Origin: Candidatus Thorarchaeota archaeon
GTDB taxonomy: Archaea; Asgardarchaeota; Thorarchaeia; Thorarchaeales; Thorarchaeaceae
Reading direction: 5' to 3'
DNA length: 64,000 bases
Assembly: GCA_018335335.1 (NCBI GenBank)
Contig: JAGXKG010000001.1
Span: 169,801-233,800 of the forward strand
Part shown: positions 19,336 through 28,888 of the stretch, one piece after another
Layout of the letters: every line of letters starts with the position of its first letter
Numbering within the stretch: position 1 is the first letter of the stretch
Notes under the pieces: generated by a model
Told to the model about the DNA's origin: nothing
Databases searched by the model: none
Seen by the model: only the letters and a program-made list of their open reading frames with translations
Position numbers and translations under genes: made by a program

Positions 19336-19926
19336 ATGAAACCGCTCGTTGTATTTGCAGGTAGAAGCAACGTTGGAAAAAGCAGTGTCATAAGACATCT
19401 GACAGGTAGAGATGTAACAGTTGGAAAAAAGCCAGGCAGCACGAGAAAGGAAATCAAAATAGATATGGGTTCTGTGTTGATGGTAGATATCCCAGGGTTT
19501 GGCTTCATGGCAGGGAGGAGCAAGAAGAGAATCGAACAAACAAAAACGTCAATTATTAGGAAACTGGAAAAATGGGGTGAAGACATCGTTCTCGCCTTAT
19601 TAATCATTGACATATCGTTGTTTAGAGAATTATATGAACGGTGGAGTTCCAGGGGGGAAATACCCATTGATGTTGAATTCTACACCTTCCTATCCGAGAT
19701 AGCATCTAACGTAATTGTCGTCGCAAACAAAATGGACAAACTCAAGAAGAGGGAGAGAGGATTCGAACTGGATTATCTGAGAAGAAGATTACTTGAATAT
19801 ATGCCGAGTCAGGAACCAATTATCGTGCCTATTTCAGCCAAGGAAGACAAGAACATAGGACGGTTACGGCATACTGTTGAGCAAATCATTGTACAATCCG
19901 GAGTAAGGAGTCCGGATTGGCCGTAA
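19336..19926 (+). CDS. engB: GTP-binding protein EngB (YihA/YsxC family)
   Basis: G1 (GRSNVGKSS), G3 (DIPGFG) and G4 (NKMDK). Size 196 aa. Confidence 0.8.
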   Translation: MKPLVVFAGRSNVGKSSVIRHLTGRDVTVGKKPGSTRKEIKIDMGSVLMVDIPGFGFMAGRSKKRIEQTKTSIIRKLEKWGEDIVLALLIIDISLFRELYERWSSRGEIPIDVEFYTFLSEIASNVIVVANKMDKLKKRERGFELDYLRRRLLEYMPSQEPIIVPISAKEDKNIGRLRHTVEQIIVQSGVRSPDWP

Positions 19927-19932
19927 ACAACA

Positions 19933-21042
19933 TTACCGGAACTTCTTGAAGACGTAAAATGCTACTCCAACCAATAATATCACCGAAGAAATTACGAGGA
20001 GAGGATACATTGCTCCCGGAGCAGTAACGAAATCCTCTGAAAGCCAGTTCAGTATATTCATGAAGAGGCGCGAGTTATCTGCTTGATAGAACCATTGTTC
20101 GCTTGACCTGTCATCGCTTTCAGGTAGATCAAGCACTCTCCCAGAGAACATTATTGTGGATCCGCCAACCACAACTCGACTGTCGTTGAATTGAAAGGCA
20201 GATAGCCACGGTGGAAAGGTTCCATTTATGGCAGAATAGGATAACGGCTTCTCCTCATATTCAGAGAGAGTCATATTTGGGAATGTGATGTTTCCAAAGG
20301 TGTTCGGACCCTTGCGATACTGTGCAAATGATGTCTCATAGCCACTTCCGATTGCACTTGGCGCATCTATTGGTTTTAGAGTTGCAGTCATCGTGATCAA
20401 GCGATTGATGTCGTTGAAAATAGGGTGGTCCGTATCCCATGTTGTATCATCCAGCTCTATCACTTGGGGAAATGTTTCGTTCAATGCATGTTCATAATCG
20501 AAAAGTGAATCTGGGCGTATGACACCTGATTCGGTTTCATTAACACTGAATCTAACGCCGGTCATATTTATTGAAGAAAACAGTTCGTTTAACGCATTGT
20601 TTTCACCGAGGTCTCTGAATGGTGTTTCACTCCAGTAGGTAGAGTTCTGCGCGATTTTCGGATCACCTAGGGCAAGAAGTGAACTACCATTGGAAAGCAA
20701 GTCAGATATTCCTGCAATCTCCTCGTTCTCAAAAGAATCAGAATTATCCGGATCGGCTAGTATTAGAATATCGACATCACTGAGTGTGGTAGAATTGAGT
20801 GGCTGTTCATCATTGATTTGTACAATGTATCTGGTCGAATCATTTACCAAGTCAAGCATCAGCTTGATTCCGTCATCCTCTTCATTAGCAGAAAACTGCT
20901 GCGAATGACTCTCATCATACATAACGACAACAGGATCTAGATTCTCCGTCTGAGCTTTTGCCGGAGTCTGTAGTGCTGTTGACACAAGTAGTACAGCTAC
21001 CAATACTAAAACTATCCGCGAATCCGTTTTCAAATATGACAT
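19933..21042 (-). CDS. Secreted, heavily N-glycosylatable surface protein with a C-terminal TM anchor
   Basis: N-terminal signal-like hydrophobic segment (RIVLVLVAVLLVSTALQTPAKAQ). More than 10 N-x-S/T sequons. C-terminal TM helix plus basic tail (LLVISSVILLVGVAFYVFKKFR). Confidence 0.55.
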   Translation of the reverse strand: MSYLKTDSRIVLVLVAVLLVSTALQTPAKAQTENLDPVVVMYDESHSQQFSANEEDDGIKLMLDLVNDSTRYIVQINDEQPLNSTTLSDVDILILADPDNSDSFENEEIAGISDLLSNGSSLLALGDPKIAQNSTYWSETPFRDLGENNALNELFSSINMTGVRFSVNETESGVIRPDSLFDYEHALNETFPQVIELDDTTWDTDHPIFNDINRLITMTATLKPIDAPSAIGSGYETSFAQYRKGPNTFGNITFPNMTLSEYEEKPLSYSAINGTFPPWLSAFQFNDSRVVVGGSTIMFSGRVLDLPESDDRSSEQWFYQADNSRLFMNILNWLSEDFVTAPGAMYPLLVISSVILLVGVAFYVFKKFR

Positions 21043-21159
21043 ATTCCGATACCTGCCGTCTTACTCAGACAGCGTGCAAAATCTAGTGAAAGTTTTAAGG
21101 CTTTCTCAACAGGGCATCCATTTTGGGAAGATAGATATCGAACATTCGTGGAGAACCTA

Positions 21160-21555
21160 TCAACTCGATCGTCTCCATATATTGCTGAACTTCCTTCTTT
21201 GGACCTCGGTGCCAGTTATGGTCGTGTATTCACCACGTAGCTCAGCAATTCTCTGTGCCAGCAAATGATAACACATATCAACGGCACAATCTATCACAAC
21301 AGATTGATAGAAATCCGTACACGTGCAAAATGTATCGGGAAACACCAGGTAATCTCCTTTACTGCCTTCAACAATCCATCTAACCGCTTCACCCTCATTG
21401 AAGATGTATTTATGAACACGCCCTTCTTCAACTGCTCTCAGCGCTCTTATGAAACGTTTGCCATATTTCCGTTTGAAATACTCGATATCGTGTTGTTCCA
21501 ACACTTTCTGAGAGAGGCGCTTTGTTTCATAGGCACTAAGAGGCATGTGACTCAA
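21160..21555 (-). CDS. SWIM zinc-finger domain protein
   Basis: The C-x-C-x(n)-C-x-H pattern (FCTCTDF...CAVDMCYH) is characteristic of SWIM. Size 131 aa. Confidence 0.5.
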   Translation of the reverse strand: MSHMPLSAYETKRLSQKVLEQHDIEYFKRKYGKRFIRALRAVEEGRVHKYIFNEGEAVRWIVEGSKGDYLVFPDTFCTCTDFYQSVVIDCAVDMCYHLLAQRIAELRGEYTTITGTEVQRRKFSNIWRRSS

Positions 21556-21601
21556 CTAGTTCTACATATGATGATGTTAAAATTGTTATAGGAAACACAA
21601 A

Positions 21602-22438
21602 TTGATAATGAAAAATACAATTGATGGAAAGACAGTGGTTCTAACGGGGGATAAGAATTGCTATCTCGTAATCGCAGACCTTCACCTTGGTTGGCACATT
21701 AAATTGTCCGAGTCGACAGGAGCAGAGTTCCCGCCCCAAGATGAGGTAATGCTAAGAGAGATACACACTTTGATAGAAAAATACGACGTAACGGAACTCT
21801 ATCTCATTGGTGATGTCAAGCATTCTTTCGGTGCGGACGTATCTTTCAATTGGCAGAGAATACCGAAGTTCATGGAGGCCTTGACTGAGAAGACTGAAGT
21901 CGCTGTTATAGTAGGCAATCACGATGGAGATTTAGAAGCTCTCTTGCCTAGAGATGTTGCATTACATGGAAGCAAGGGGAAGTTGATAGAGGAGGGTGAT
22001 TCATCAGTAGGATTGATCCACGGTCACGCATGGCCGTCGCCAGAGGTGCTTAGTGCCGATTTGATAATTGAGGGGCACAATCACCCAGCATTGAGTAATC
22101 TGAAAGCTGTTTCTTCAAGTGCTCTACGTAGAACGATTAGAAGACGGTCGAAATCAATACCTGTTACTCTTAGTTCAAAATTGAATAGAACGTGTGTTCA
22201 GAAGAATCTTGATTTATCTATTGACGAGAATCTGGATCAGCGGGTTCTTGTCACTCTACCAAGTTTCAACAAGCTTGTGTCAGGCATTCCAGTTGATAGC
22301 CCAGAATCCACGTTCAGAGGGCCAATCTTCGGCAACGGATGTGCCAATTTGGTAAAATCTAAAGTCTTCAGCACGCAGGGTACCTACTTGGGGACTGTGC
22401 GCTTCTTGCGAAACCGTTTGGTCGAAATGATTAAATGA
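21602..22438 (+). CDS. Calcineurin-like metallophosphoesterase
   Basis: Ordered metallophosphatase motifs: ADLHLG (D-x-H), GDVKH, GNHD, HGHAWP (GH) and GHNHP (GHxH). Divergent from the SWIM gene with a 46-bp spacer. Confidence 0.7.
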   Translation: MIMKNTIDGKTVVLTGDKNCYLVIADLHLGWHIKLSESTGAEFPPQDEVMLREIHTLIEKYDVTELYLIGDVKHSFGADVSFNWQRIPKFMEALTEKTEVAVIVGNHDGDLEALLPRDVALHGSKGKLIEEGDSSVGLIHGHAWPSPEVLSADLIIEGHNHPALSNLKAVSSSALRRTIRRRSKSIPVTLSSKLNRTCVQKNLDLSIDENLDQRVLVTLPSFNKLVSGIPVDSPESTFRGPIFGNGCANLVKSKVFSTQGTYLGTVRFLRNRLVEMIK

Positions 22439-22468
22439 TAACCAGAAACCTCAGTGCCTTGAGCAATT

Positions 22469-22576
22469 GGGTCGGTGGTCTAGCTACTCTACCACATTTT
22501 TGTACTAGAGCTAGAATGGCGAGATTCTCGGTTCGGGTCCGAGGGATCGTGAGTTCAAATCTCACCCGGCCCACCA
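22469..22576 (+). tRNA. tRNA-Pro(CGG) with a ~32-nt intron in the D-loop region (non-canonical position); CCA encoded
   Basis: Read directly. Acceptor GGGTCGG / CCGGCCC (one G-U). D-stem GTCT/AGAT separated by 40 nt instead of about 8. Anticodon arm CTCGG-TTCGGGT-CCGAG (anticodon CGG, U33, G37). Variable GGATC. T-arm GTGAG-TTCAAAT-CTCAC. Discriminator A, then CCA. Exon-flanking TCTAGCT (22479-85) pairs with AGCTAGA (22509-15), enclosing the intron. Confidence 0.7.
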
Positions 22577-22606
22577 GCTTTTTCTTGTGACGCAGATGAT
22601 AGTAGG

Positions 22607-23893
22607 GTGGTAAAGGTGAACAATGTAGTCATCCAAGATGTGGAAAACGATTTTCGTCGAGCAGTTGAAGCTATATTCCAGAAAATCGGGAAAAAGCAGC
22701 CGGTAATGAAAAGGAGGGGACATGTCTATATCAAACCAAACGGTGTAGACTTCAAACCATATTCTTATACGAGCCCCGAACTGCTCCGAGCGGTAATCAC
22801 TTTCTTCTATGAGAAGGGGGCAGACCAAGTATACGTGATGGAGAATTCCACACAAGGCAACATGACTAGACTTGTTTTCGAATGCACGGGGTACAAGGAA
22901 GTAATTGATGATGTGGGTGCAAGAGCGGTCTATCTAGATGAGGAACCGCATACAACGGTTCTTCTCCCAACGTTGGGAAAAGAAGTGAAAATACCGAAAT
23001 TGATTGCAAGGAGGTTTACTTCTGAAGAAAGGAATTCACTGTACGTATCGCTACCAAAGCTGAAAACACACCCAATGACGACGGTAACTCTTGGAATCAA
23101 AAACCAGATGGCATTCTTAAGCCATACTGATAGATCTCGGAATCACGATGAGAGCTTGCACCAGGTCCTAGCAGATCTTTATTCCTTCGTCAAACCAGAC
23201 TACACAATCATCGATGGAACACATGCTGTATTTCACGGACACTACCCCCTCCAAAAATTCCTAGACGAATGCATCGACCGATTAGATATCCTCATAGGAG
23301 GAACGAATGCGCTCCATGTAGATACAGTTGGAGCGAAAGTTTTGGGATATGATTTTGAAGAAGTAAAACACCTTTCGCTCACTGCAGAAACCCAAGATAT
23401 GAGCTCGATTCTTGGTAACGTGAAGGGTGATTTATCACGTTTCGCGAAAAGGTATCCATATCGAACTTTAGATGTGTTTCCTGATGATATCCGAGTTCTC
23501 AAAGGTGCAACGAAATTATGCCCAGAAGGATGTGAACTCAATGTACGCATGCTCGTCCAGTTGCTATACTACGATTATGGTGGAAAAGGGGGCTTTACAA
23601 TTGTCATGGGAGGGGATCATGATAAGGAAGTGCTTGACACAATTGATGGGCCCGTATTGATTGTAGGAGACTGCGCAATAGAGGAGACCAAAGAATACAT
23701 TGAATCAACTACTGGAAAATCGAATATATTACTAAGTCCCGCATGCAATTCATTGGCTCGAAGTATGTCTGCTCTCTGCAGACTAATGGGTATCAGTCCA
23801 CTCGATTTAGTTCCATCAAAATGGAGTGCATTGAAAGCGCTAATACTTGGCAAAATTCATAGGTCTAAGGCTGAAATCCCTTCTATCATATGA
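22607..23893 (+). CDS. DUF362-like protein (uncharacterised; some family members are annotated as Fe-S binding)
   Basis: A 428-aa protein. The N-terminal block RRGHVYIKPNGVDF resembles the conserved KPN motif region of DUF362 proteins. Family assignment from memory only. Confidence 0.4.
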   Translation: MVKVNNVVIQDVENDFRRAVEAIFQKIGKKQPVMKRRGHVYIKPNGVDFKPYSYTSPELLRAVITFFYEKGADQVYVMENSTQGNMTRLVFECTGYKEVIDDVGARAVYLDEEPHTTVLLPTLGKEVKIPKLIARRFTSEERNSLYVSLPKLKTHPMTTVTLGIKNQMAFLSHTDRSRNHDESLHQVLADLYSFVKPDYTIIDGTHAVFHGHYPLQKFLDECIDRLDILIGGTNALHVDTVGAKVLGYDFEEVKHLSLTAETQDMSSILGNVKGDLSRFAKRYPYRTLDVFPDDIRVLKGATKLCPEGCELNVRMLVQLLYYDYGGKGGFTIVMGGDHDKEVLDTIDGPVLIVGDCAIEETKEYIESTTGKSNILLSPACNSLARSMSALCRLMGISPLDLVPSKWSALKALILGKIHRSKAEIPSII

Positions 23894-24042
23894 CACTTAT
23901 AGTGCTTCGTCTTATAGGTCAATGACAGGAAATCTTGAACAACGCGGACGGGAAAATCACTAAGACTTGTAAATTTGTCGATGGAAATTTTCAAAAGTAG
24001 CGATAAAGTACCAGTTCATAACAAGTTTGAAGAAGAAAGTGT

Positions 24043-24990
24043 GTGAAAATGGGAACAGGCTCTGGAAAAGGCAAGTCAATACTATTTGGAGAACATTTTG
24101 TTGTGTATGGTCTCCCAGCGTTAGCAGCCGGTATCGAGTCCGAAACAGTTGCGAAAGTCAGAAGAAAAGAATCTCCTGGCTGGACCCTTGATGATAATCG
24201 GCCAGCCGTACCGGGATACAAGAAGAAGAAACTGGATCAGCAGAAGGATTCGATTAATAACGTGATTGAATTCTGTGGTGTGGACTTTTCTGATGAAGGG
24301 GTCCATATCGAATTTGGTGGGGATTTGGTTTGTGCCTCGGGTGTCGGTGCAAGTGCTGCAAGTTGTGTGTCTCTAGCGCGAGCACTGAACGATGAGTTTG
24401 AACTTGGAATGAATGATGAACAAATCAACGAGGCAGCCTATGAAGGTGAAAAAGCATACCATGGTACCCCCTCGGGAATAGACAACACAGCTTCAACCTT
24501 CGGCGGTTTGGTTTGGTATGAAAGAGATTTGGATGGCGGACCCCCGACATTCGAGAAGATAAAATTAGATGAAGCAGTGAACCTCGTCATTGCATCAACC
24601 GGTTTGACAGCCAGTACTGTAGAAGTTGTAGGAGATGTCCGCTCAAAGAAAGAAGAGAATCCTTCTTGGTTCGATGAGATAGCAGAAGAATATGAACAGC
24701 TGGTTCATGATGCACGGGAAGCGCTTGTCAACCTTGAAACCAAGAGGGTGGGTGAGCTTATGAACAAGAATCACGAGCTCTTGAAGGATTTGACCGTATC
24801 TTGCAAAGAACTTGATGATTTGACCGCACTTGCTAGAGAATCAGGTGCTTTGGGCGCAAAGCTCACGGGAACAGGAAGGGGAGGGAATATGATAGCCTTG
24901 GCAAAAGATGAAGAAGCAGCCGAGGAGATCGCATCTTCACTTGAAGAAGGCGATGCGGCTGGGGTGTGGATGACCGCATTTGGACTCTAG
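24043..24990 (+). CDS. mvk: Mevalonate kinase (GHMP kinase)
   Basis: N-terminal GKSILFGEHFVVYG and the GHMP motif GTPSGIDNTAS. A 315-aa protein heading the operon. Confidence 0.8.
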   Translation: MKMGTGSGKGKSILFGEHFVVYGLPALAAGIESETVAKVRRKESPGWTLDDNRPAVPGYKKKKLDQQKDSINNVIEFCGVDFSDEGVHIEFGGDLVCASGVGASAASCVSLARALNDEFELGMNDEQINEAAYEGEKAYHGTPSGIDNTASTFGGLVWYERDLDGGPPTFEKIKLDEAVNLVIASTGLTASTVEVVGDVRSKKEENPSWFDEIAEEYEQLVHDAREALVNLETKRVGELMNKNHELLKDLTVSCKELDDLTALARESGALGAKLTGTGRGGNMIALAKDEEAAEEIASSLEEGDAAGVWMTAFGL

Positions 24991-25005
24991 ACAGGAGGCA
25001 ACAGG

Positions 25006-26313
25006 ATGACACTTGATGACCATATTGAAGAACTAAGGACAGAGGACAGAATTGCAGTTGTAGCTGAACCTGCATCGAAGAGACTGGAGATTGCGGGGAT
25101 ACTCAAAGCTCTTGAGCCTAGACCTGCATTGTTTGAGAATGTATCAGATTCATCATTTCAAGTAGCAGGCAACCTATTCTGTACCAAGAATCAGATAGCA
25201 GACTACTTCGGTATTGGTGTGGAAAAACTCATTCCAACATTGACGAAAGCAATTGAGGAGAAATCACCACCTGAAGAGATAGATAATGCTCCATGTCAGG
25301 AAGTCGTTCGTGATACAGTTGATTTGGATGAATTGCCGATACTCAAGCATAACGAGGTGGATGGAGGCCCATACATATCATCTGGAGTTGTTGTTGCGGC
25401 AGATCCAGAATACGGACAGAATCTCGATTTCCATAGAGCAATGCAAACTAGTAAGGACAAGATGGTCACCCGAGTTGTCAGGGGTAGGGACTTTCATACG
25501 TTCCTAGAAAGAAATAGCGAAGTGGATGTTGCATACTGTATCGGAAATACACCAGAGATTCTTGTTGCTGCTGCCACCTCGGTAGAAACTGGTGTCAATG
25601 AGCTGGAAATTGCCAATGCACTTAGACCAATTAGAGTTACAAAAGCTGAGACTGTAGATTTGATGATTCCAGCTGACTGCCAGTTCGTCTTAGAAGGAAC
25701 GGTTATACTCGACGAAAAAGCAGACGAAGGTCCGTTCATAGATTTGACCGAGACTGTTGATGTTGTACGGCAAGAGCCAGTCTTCAAAGTGAAGAAAATT
25801 ACTCACAGGAAGAATGGAATCTGGCAAGCTTTACTGCCTGGAAGAGCTGAACACAAAGTGTTGATGGGGATGCCTCGCGAACCAACAGTATACCGAGAAA
25901 TAAAGAAGCGGGGAGTAGATGTTCGTGATGTAAACCTGACGCCAGGAGGCTCAAGTTGGTTACACATCGCAGTTAGTATAAACAAACAAAACGAAGATGA
26001 TGGGATTAAGGCTATTCAAGGCGCTTTTGCTGGACATAGCAGTGGTAAGCATGTCTGGGTATATGACAAAGACATTGATATCTACAATGAGCAGGAACGT
26101 GAATGGGCATTTGCCTTAAGATTCCAAGGAGACACGGACATGCTAATCAAAGATCCAGAACCAGGCAGCTCATTGGATCCTAGTGCAGAACCAGGTACTA
26201 AGATTACAACAAAGATTGGCTTTGATTGTACAAAGCCATTGGAGACAAAAGGAAAAAGCTTCAAGAAAGCCAAGTTTCCTGACGTTGATCTTGATAAATT
26301 CCTGAGGAATTAA
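25006..26313 (+). CDS. UbiD-family decarboxylase, candidate trans-anhydromevalonate 5-phosphate decarboxylase
   Basis: A 435-aa UbiD-like fold, immediately downstream of mvk and upstream of the AcnX pair. This gene order is the one described for the archaeal modified mevalonate pathway. Confidence 0.6.
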   Translation: MTLDDHIEELRTEDRIAVVAEPASKRLEIAGILKALEPRPALFENVSDSSFQVAGNLFCTKNQIADYFGIGVEKLIPTLTKAIEEKSPPEEIDNAPCQEVVRDTVDLDELPILKHNEVDGGPYISSGVVVAADPEYGQNLDFHRAMQTSKDKMVTRVVRGRDFHTFLERNSEVDVAYCIGNTPEILVAAATSVETGVNELEIANALRPIRVTKAETVDLMIPADCQFVLEGTVILDEKADEGPFIDLTETVDVVRQEPVFKVKKITHRKNGIWQALLPGRAEHKVLMGMPREPTVYREIKKRGVDVRDVNLTPGGSSWLHIAVSINKQNEDDGIKAIQGAFAGHSSGKHVWVYDKDIDIYNEQEREWAFALRFQGDTDMLIKDPEPGSSLDPSAEPGTKITTKIGFDCTKPLETKGKSFKKAKFPDVDLDKFLRN

Positions 26314-26315
26314 TT

Positions 26316-27503
26316 ATGGGACTAGAATTAACTGAACAAGAATACGCCATGATTGCTGGAGAATATGGGAATGCCACACAAAAAGCCATGCAGATTATTA
26401 CTACGCTTGGTGAAATATATGGAGCAGAACGGCTTATCCCTGTATCCAGTGTACAAATAGCCGGCGTTTCATACCACAACTTGGGAGAAGCCGGTTTAGA
26501 ATATTTGGCAGAAATGGCGGAAGATGGACAGACACGGGTTCTTACCACACTGAACCCTGCAGGAATGGATCTCGACGAATGGAAGAAACATGGTATTTCA
26601 TCCGACTTTGCTGAGAACCAGCAACGAGTTGTAGAAGCATTCTCACGAATGGGTGTGGTTACTACGTGTACATGTACACCCTACCTGATAGGAAATCTAC
26701 CCCACTATGGAGAAAACATTGCGTGGGCTGAATCATCAGCCGTGTGTTTTGCAAATTCTGTAATTGGAGCTCGGACGAATAGGGAAGGCGGGCCTAGTGC
26801 CTTGGCTGCTGCCCTTACTGGTAGAACGGCTGAATATGGATTCCATCTGGAGGAAAATAGACAAGCAGAAGTCAGATATGATGTCCAAGCCAAAATCGAG
26901 AATAATGATGATTTTGGCCTGCTTGGTGAAGTAATAGGAAAGAGAACAAGGAAGGAAATACCCTACATTACGGGAATAAACGACGCAACAACTGACCAGC
27001 TCAAATCCTTCTGTGCATCAATCGCTACTTTTGGCGGGATAGCACTATTCCATATGGAGGGAATCACACCTAACAGAACACAGATTCCATCCCGCACAGA
27101 GGTCGTTACTGAGGGGGATATGGAAGAGGCCAGATTACGGCTCGATGACAAAGATGCTGAAATCGACTTTATCAGCATAGGCTGTCCACATGCCAGCATC
27201 AAGGAAATTGAGAAAGTTGCTGAATTACTTGATGGGAAGAAAGTTGCAGATGGAAAAACGGTCTGGATTACCACCGCGAAGCCAACTAAAGATTTGGCCA
27301 CGAAAATGGGATACTATGACACAATAGAGGAGGCTGGAGCGTTTCTTGTTAGCGACGCTTGCTGTGCCGTTGCACCATTGAAGGGGCGGTTTACAGGGTT
27401 GATGACAGATTCAGCGAAGGCCTGTTTCTATGCCAGGGGCAAAAACAACTTCAAGACGGAAATCAGAAAAGTAGAAGAATGCATTAAGGAGGCGGTAGAA
27501 TGA
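26316..27503 (+). CDS. AcnX-type aconitase-like large subunit (DUF521), candidate phosphomevalonate dehydratase large subunit
   Basis: A 395-aa aconitase-X family protein (..VSSVQIAGVSYHNLGEAG.., Cys residues in ..VTTCTCTPY..). It overlaps the small subunit by 4 bp. Confidence 0.6.
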   Translation: MGLELTEQEYAMIAGEYGNATQKAMQIITTLGEIYGAERLIPVSSVQIAGVSYHNLGEAGLEYLAEMAEDGQTRVLTTLNPAGMDLDEWKKHGISSDFAENQQRVVEAFSRMGVVTTCTCTPYLIGNLPHYGENIAWAESSAVCFANSVIGARTNREGGPSALAAALTGRTAEYGFHLEENRQAEVRYDVQAKIENNDDFGLLGEVIGKRTRKEIPYITGINDATTDQLKSFCASIATFGGIALFHMEGITPNRTQIPSRTEVVTEGDMEEARLRLDDKDAEIDFISIGCPHASIKEIEKVAELLDGKKVADGKTVWITTAKPTKDLATKMGYYDTIEEAGAFLVSDACCAVAPLKGRFTGLMTDSAKACFYARGKNNFKTEIRKVEECIKEAVE

Positions 27504-27892
27504 AACTACAAGGAAGGAAGATATTCAAGGGAAAAGCTGAGGGGGAAGCACTCGTAACCAGTGACGATATCAGTTTCTACGGCGGTGTCGATCCAGATAC
27601 AGGAGTAGTAGTCGAAAAGGGACACGAACTCGAAGGCGAATCAGTTGCTGGAAAAGTGCTTGTGTTCCCAACAGGAAAGGGCTCTACGGTGGGGTCGTAT
27701 GTACTCTACTCGCTGAAGAAAGCAGACATGGCTCCGCGAGCCATAATCAATGAGGCGACAGATCCAGTTGTGGCAGTAGGTTGTATTATTTCAGAGATTC
27801 CTGCTGTTGACCAAATCGACATGGACTCCATCGAAACCGGACAGAAAGTTGAAGTCGATGCCGATAACGGCACAATTTCAATCTCAGAATAG
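27500..27892 (+). CDS. AcnX-type small subunit (DUF126), candidate phosphomevalonate dehydratase small subunit
   Basis: A 130-aa swivel-domain-like protein (..GKVLVFPTGKGSTVGSYVLYSL..). ATGA overlap with the large subunit. Confidence 0.6.
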   Translation: MKLQGRKIFKGKAEGEALVTSDDISFYGGVDPDTGVVVEKGHELEGESVAGKVLVFPTGKGSTVGSYVLYSLKKADMAPRAIINEATDPVVAVGCIISEIPAVDQIDMDSIETGQKVEVDADNGTISISE

Positions 27893-27942
27893 CAAGCCAT
27901 TCTTCGCAATGTGAGAAATAGTCGAAAAAACTAGCAAGAGTT

Positions 27943-27981
27943 GGTGTCAGAAGAACCTGACACCAATCATCTTTTCTTTTT
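27943..27981 (+). terminator. Hairpin plus oligo-T terminator-like element after the mevalonate operon
   Basis: GGTGTCAG-AAGAAC-CTGACACC is a perfect 8-bp stem. It is followed by CATCTTTTCTTTTT. It sits in the convergent gap between the AcnX small subunit and rps2. Confidence 0.45.
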
Positions 27982-28010
27982 GTGTCTAACAATACATACC
28001 GTTTCTTTCA

Positions 28011-28667
28011 CTAGAGGAACGCAGTACGAATCTCTGGCTCGAAGTCCTCTGGCGAGAAAATAACTTCCTCATCACGCGGGATGTCCCCACGTTCTCGAAG
28101 TGTTTGTCGAGTCAGTAGGAAATACACTAGTGCAAGCGACTTCCGCCCACGATTGTTGCAGGGAATAACGTAGTCTATGTTGCGGATGTAGTTGTCAGTA
28201 TCGCAGAGTGCAATAACAGGCACTCCAATCCTAGCAGCCTCAGTAAGGGCCTGTCTATCTGTTCGGGGGTCAGTAAGAAGTACAGCCTCTGGTTCTACGT
28301 AGGATTTGGGGCCGCTAATGTTGGGATTCGTGAATGTGCCTGGGACAAACCTATCAGTAAATTCGCGGGAACCGATATAGTAGTTGAATGTCTCTACTGG
28401 TTGCTTACCATAAACACGGCCAGAAACAACAGCGATTTTTTCAGCCTCAAAGCGAGACAGGAATTTAGCTGCTGTTCTGATTCTTTCGTCGGTTTTACGA
28501 ACATCAAGAACGAACAGGCCTATGGGACGCTGCCTGTAAACAAACGGCTCCATATCTTGGGTTTTGACCTGTGTTCCGATGTGACAGCCCGCAGCTAGGT
28601 ACTTGTCCATGGAGGTTAGCAAATCTACTTCAGTTACATCAATGGAAGCTACATCTTCCTCACTCAT
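28011..28667 (-). CDS. rps2: 30S ribosomal protein S2 (uS2)
   Basis: MSEEDV..LLTSMDKYLAAGCHIGTQ..GLFVLDVRKTDERIRTAAKF matches the uS2 core. The start is trimmed to the internal Met to avoid overlap with rpoN. Confidence 0.8.
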   Translation of the reverse strand: MSEEDVASIDVTEVDLLTSMDKYLAAGCHIGTQVKTQDMEPFVYRQRPIGLFVLDVRKTDERIRTAAKFLSRFEAEKIAVVSGRVYGKQPVETFNYYIGSREFTDRFVPGTFTNPNISGPKSYVEPEAVLLTDPRTDRQALTEAARIGVPVIALCDTDNYIRNIDYVIPCNNRGRKSLALVYFLLTRQTLRERGDIPRDEEVIFSPEDFEPEIRTAFL

Positions 28668-28668
28668 G

Positions 28669-28881
28669 TTATGCACTCTCCGCTTCAGTTGTAGCAAAAG
28701 CCATGAAGCTGTCAATCACATCAATTTGTGAGAGGAGCATTCGCCGGCAACAATATCGTTCTAGACCCAGGTCATCCAGCACTTGGGCAGGGTCATCACC
28801 TTGCCTAACTCTACGCCTGAACTCCTCGTATTTGTCAGCCACTACTTTTCCACATGTAAAGCAACGTACGGGAATAATCAT
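28669..28881 (-). CDS. rpoN: DNA-directed RNA polymerase subunit N (Rpb10)
   Basis: [14 protein letters not shown]...YCCRRML is the RpoN zinc-bundle signature. Confidence 0.75.
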   Translation of the reverse strand: MIIPVRCFTCGKVVADKYEEFRRRVRQGDDPAQVLDDLGLERYCCRRMLLSQIDVIDSFMAFATTEAESA

Positions 28882-28888
28882 CGCAATA

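Noticed and set aside
19170-19667. 165-aa minus-strand ORF spanning the helicase end and engB start
   Set aside because: It overlaps two plus-strand genes with clear GTPase and helicase motifs. Hydrophobic junk translation.
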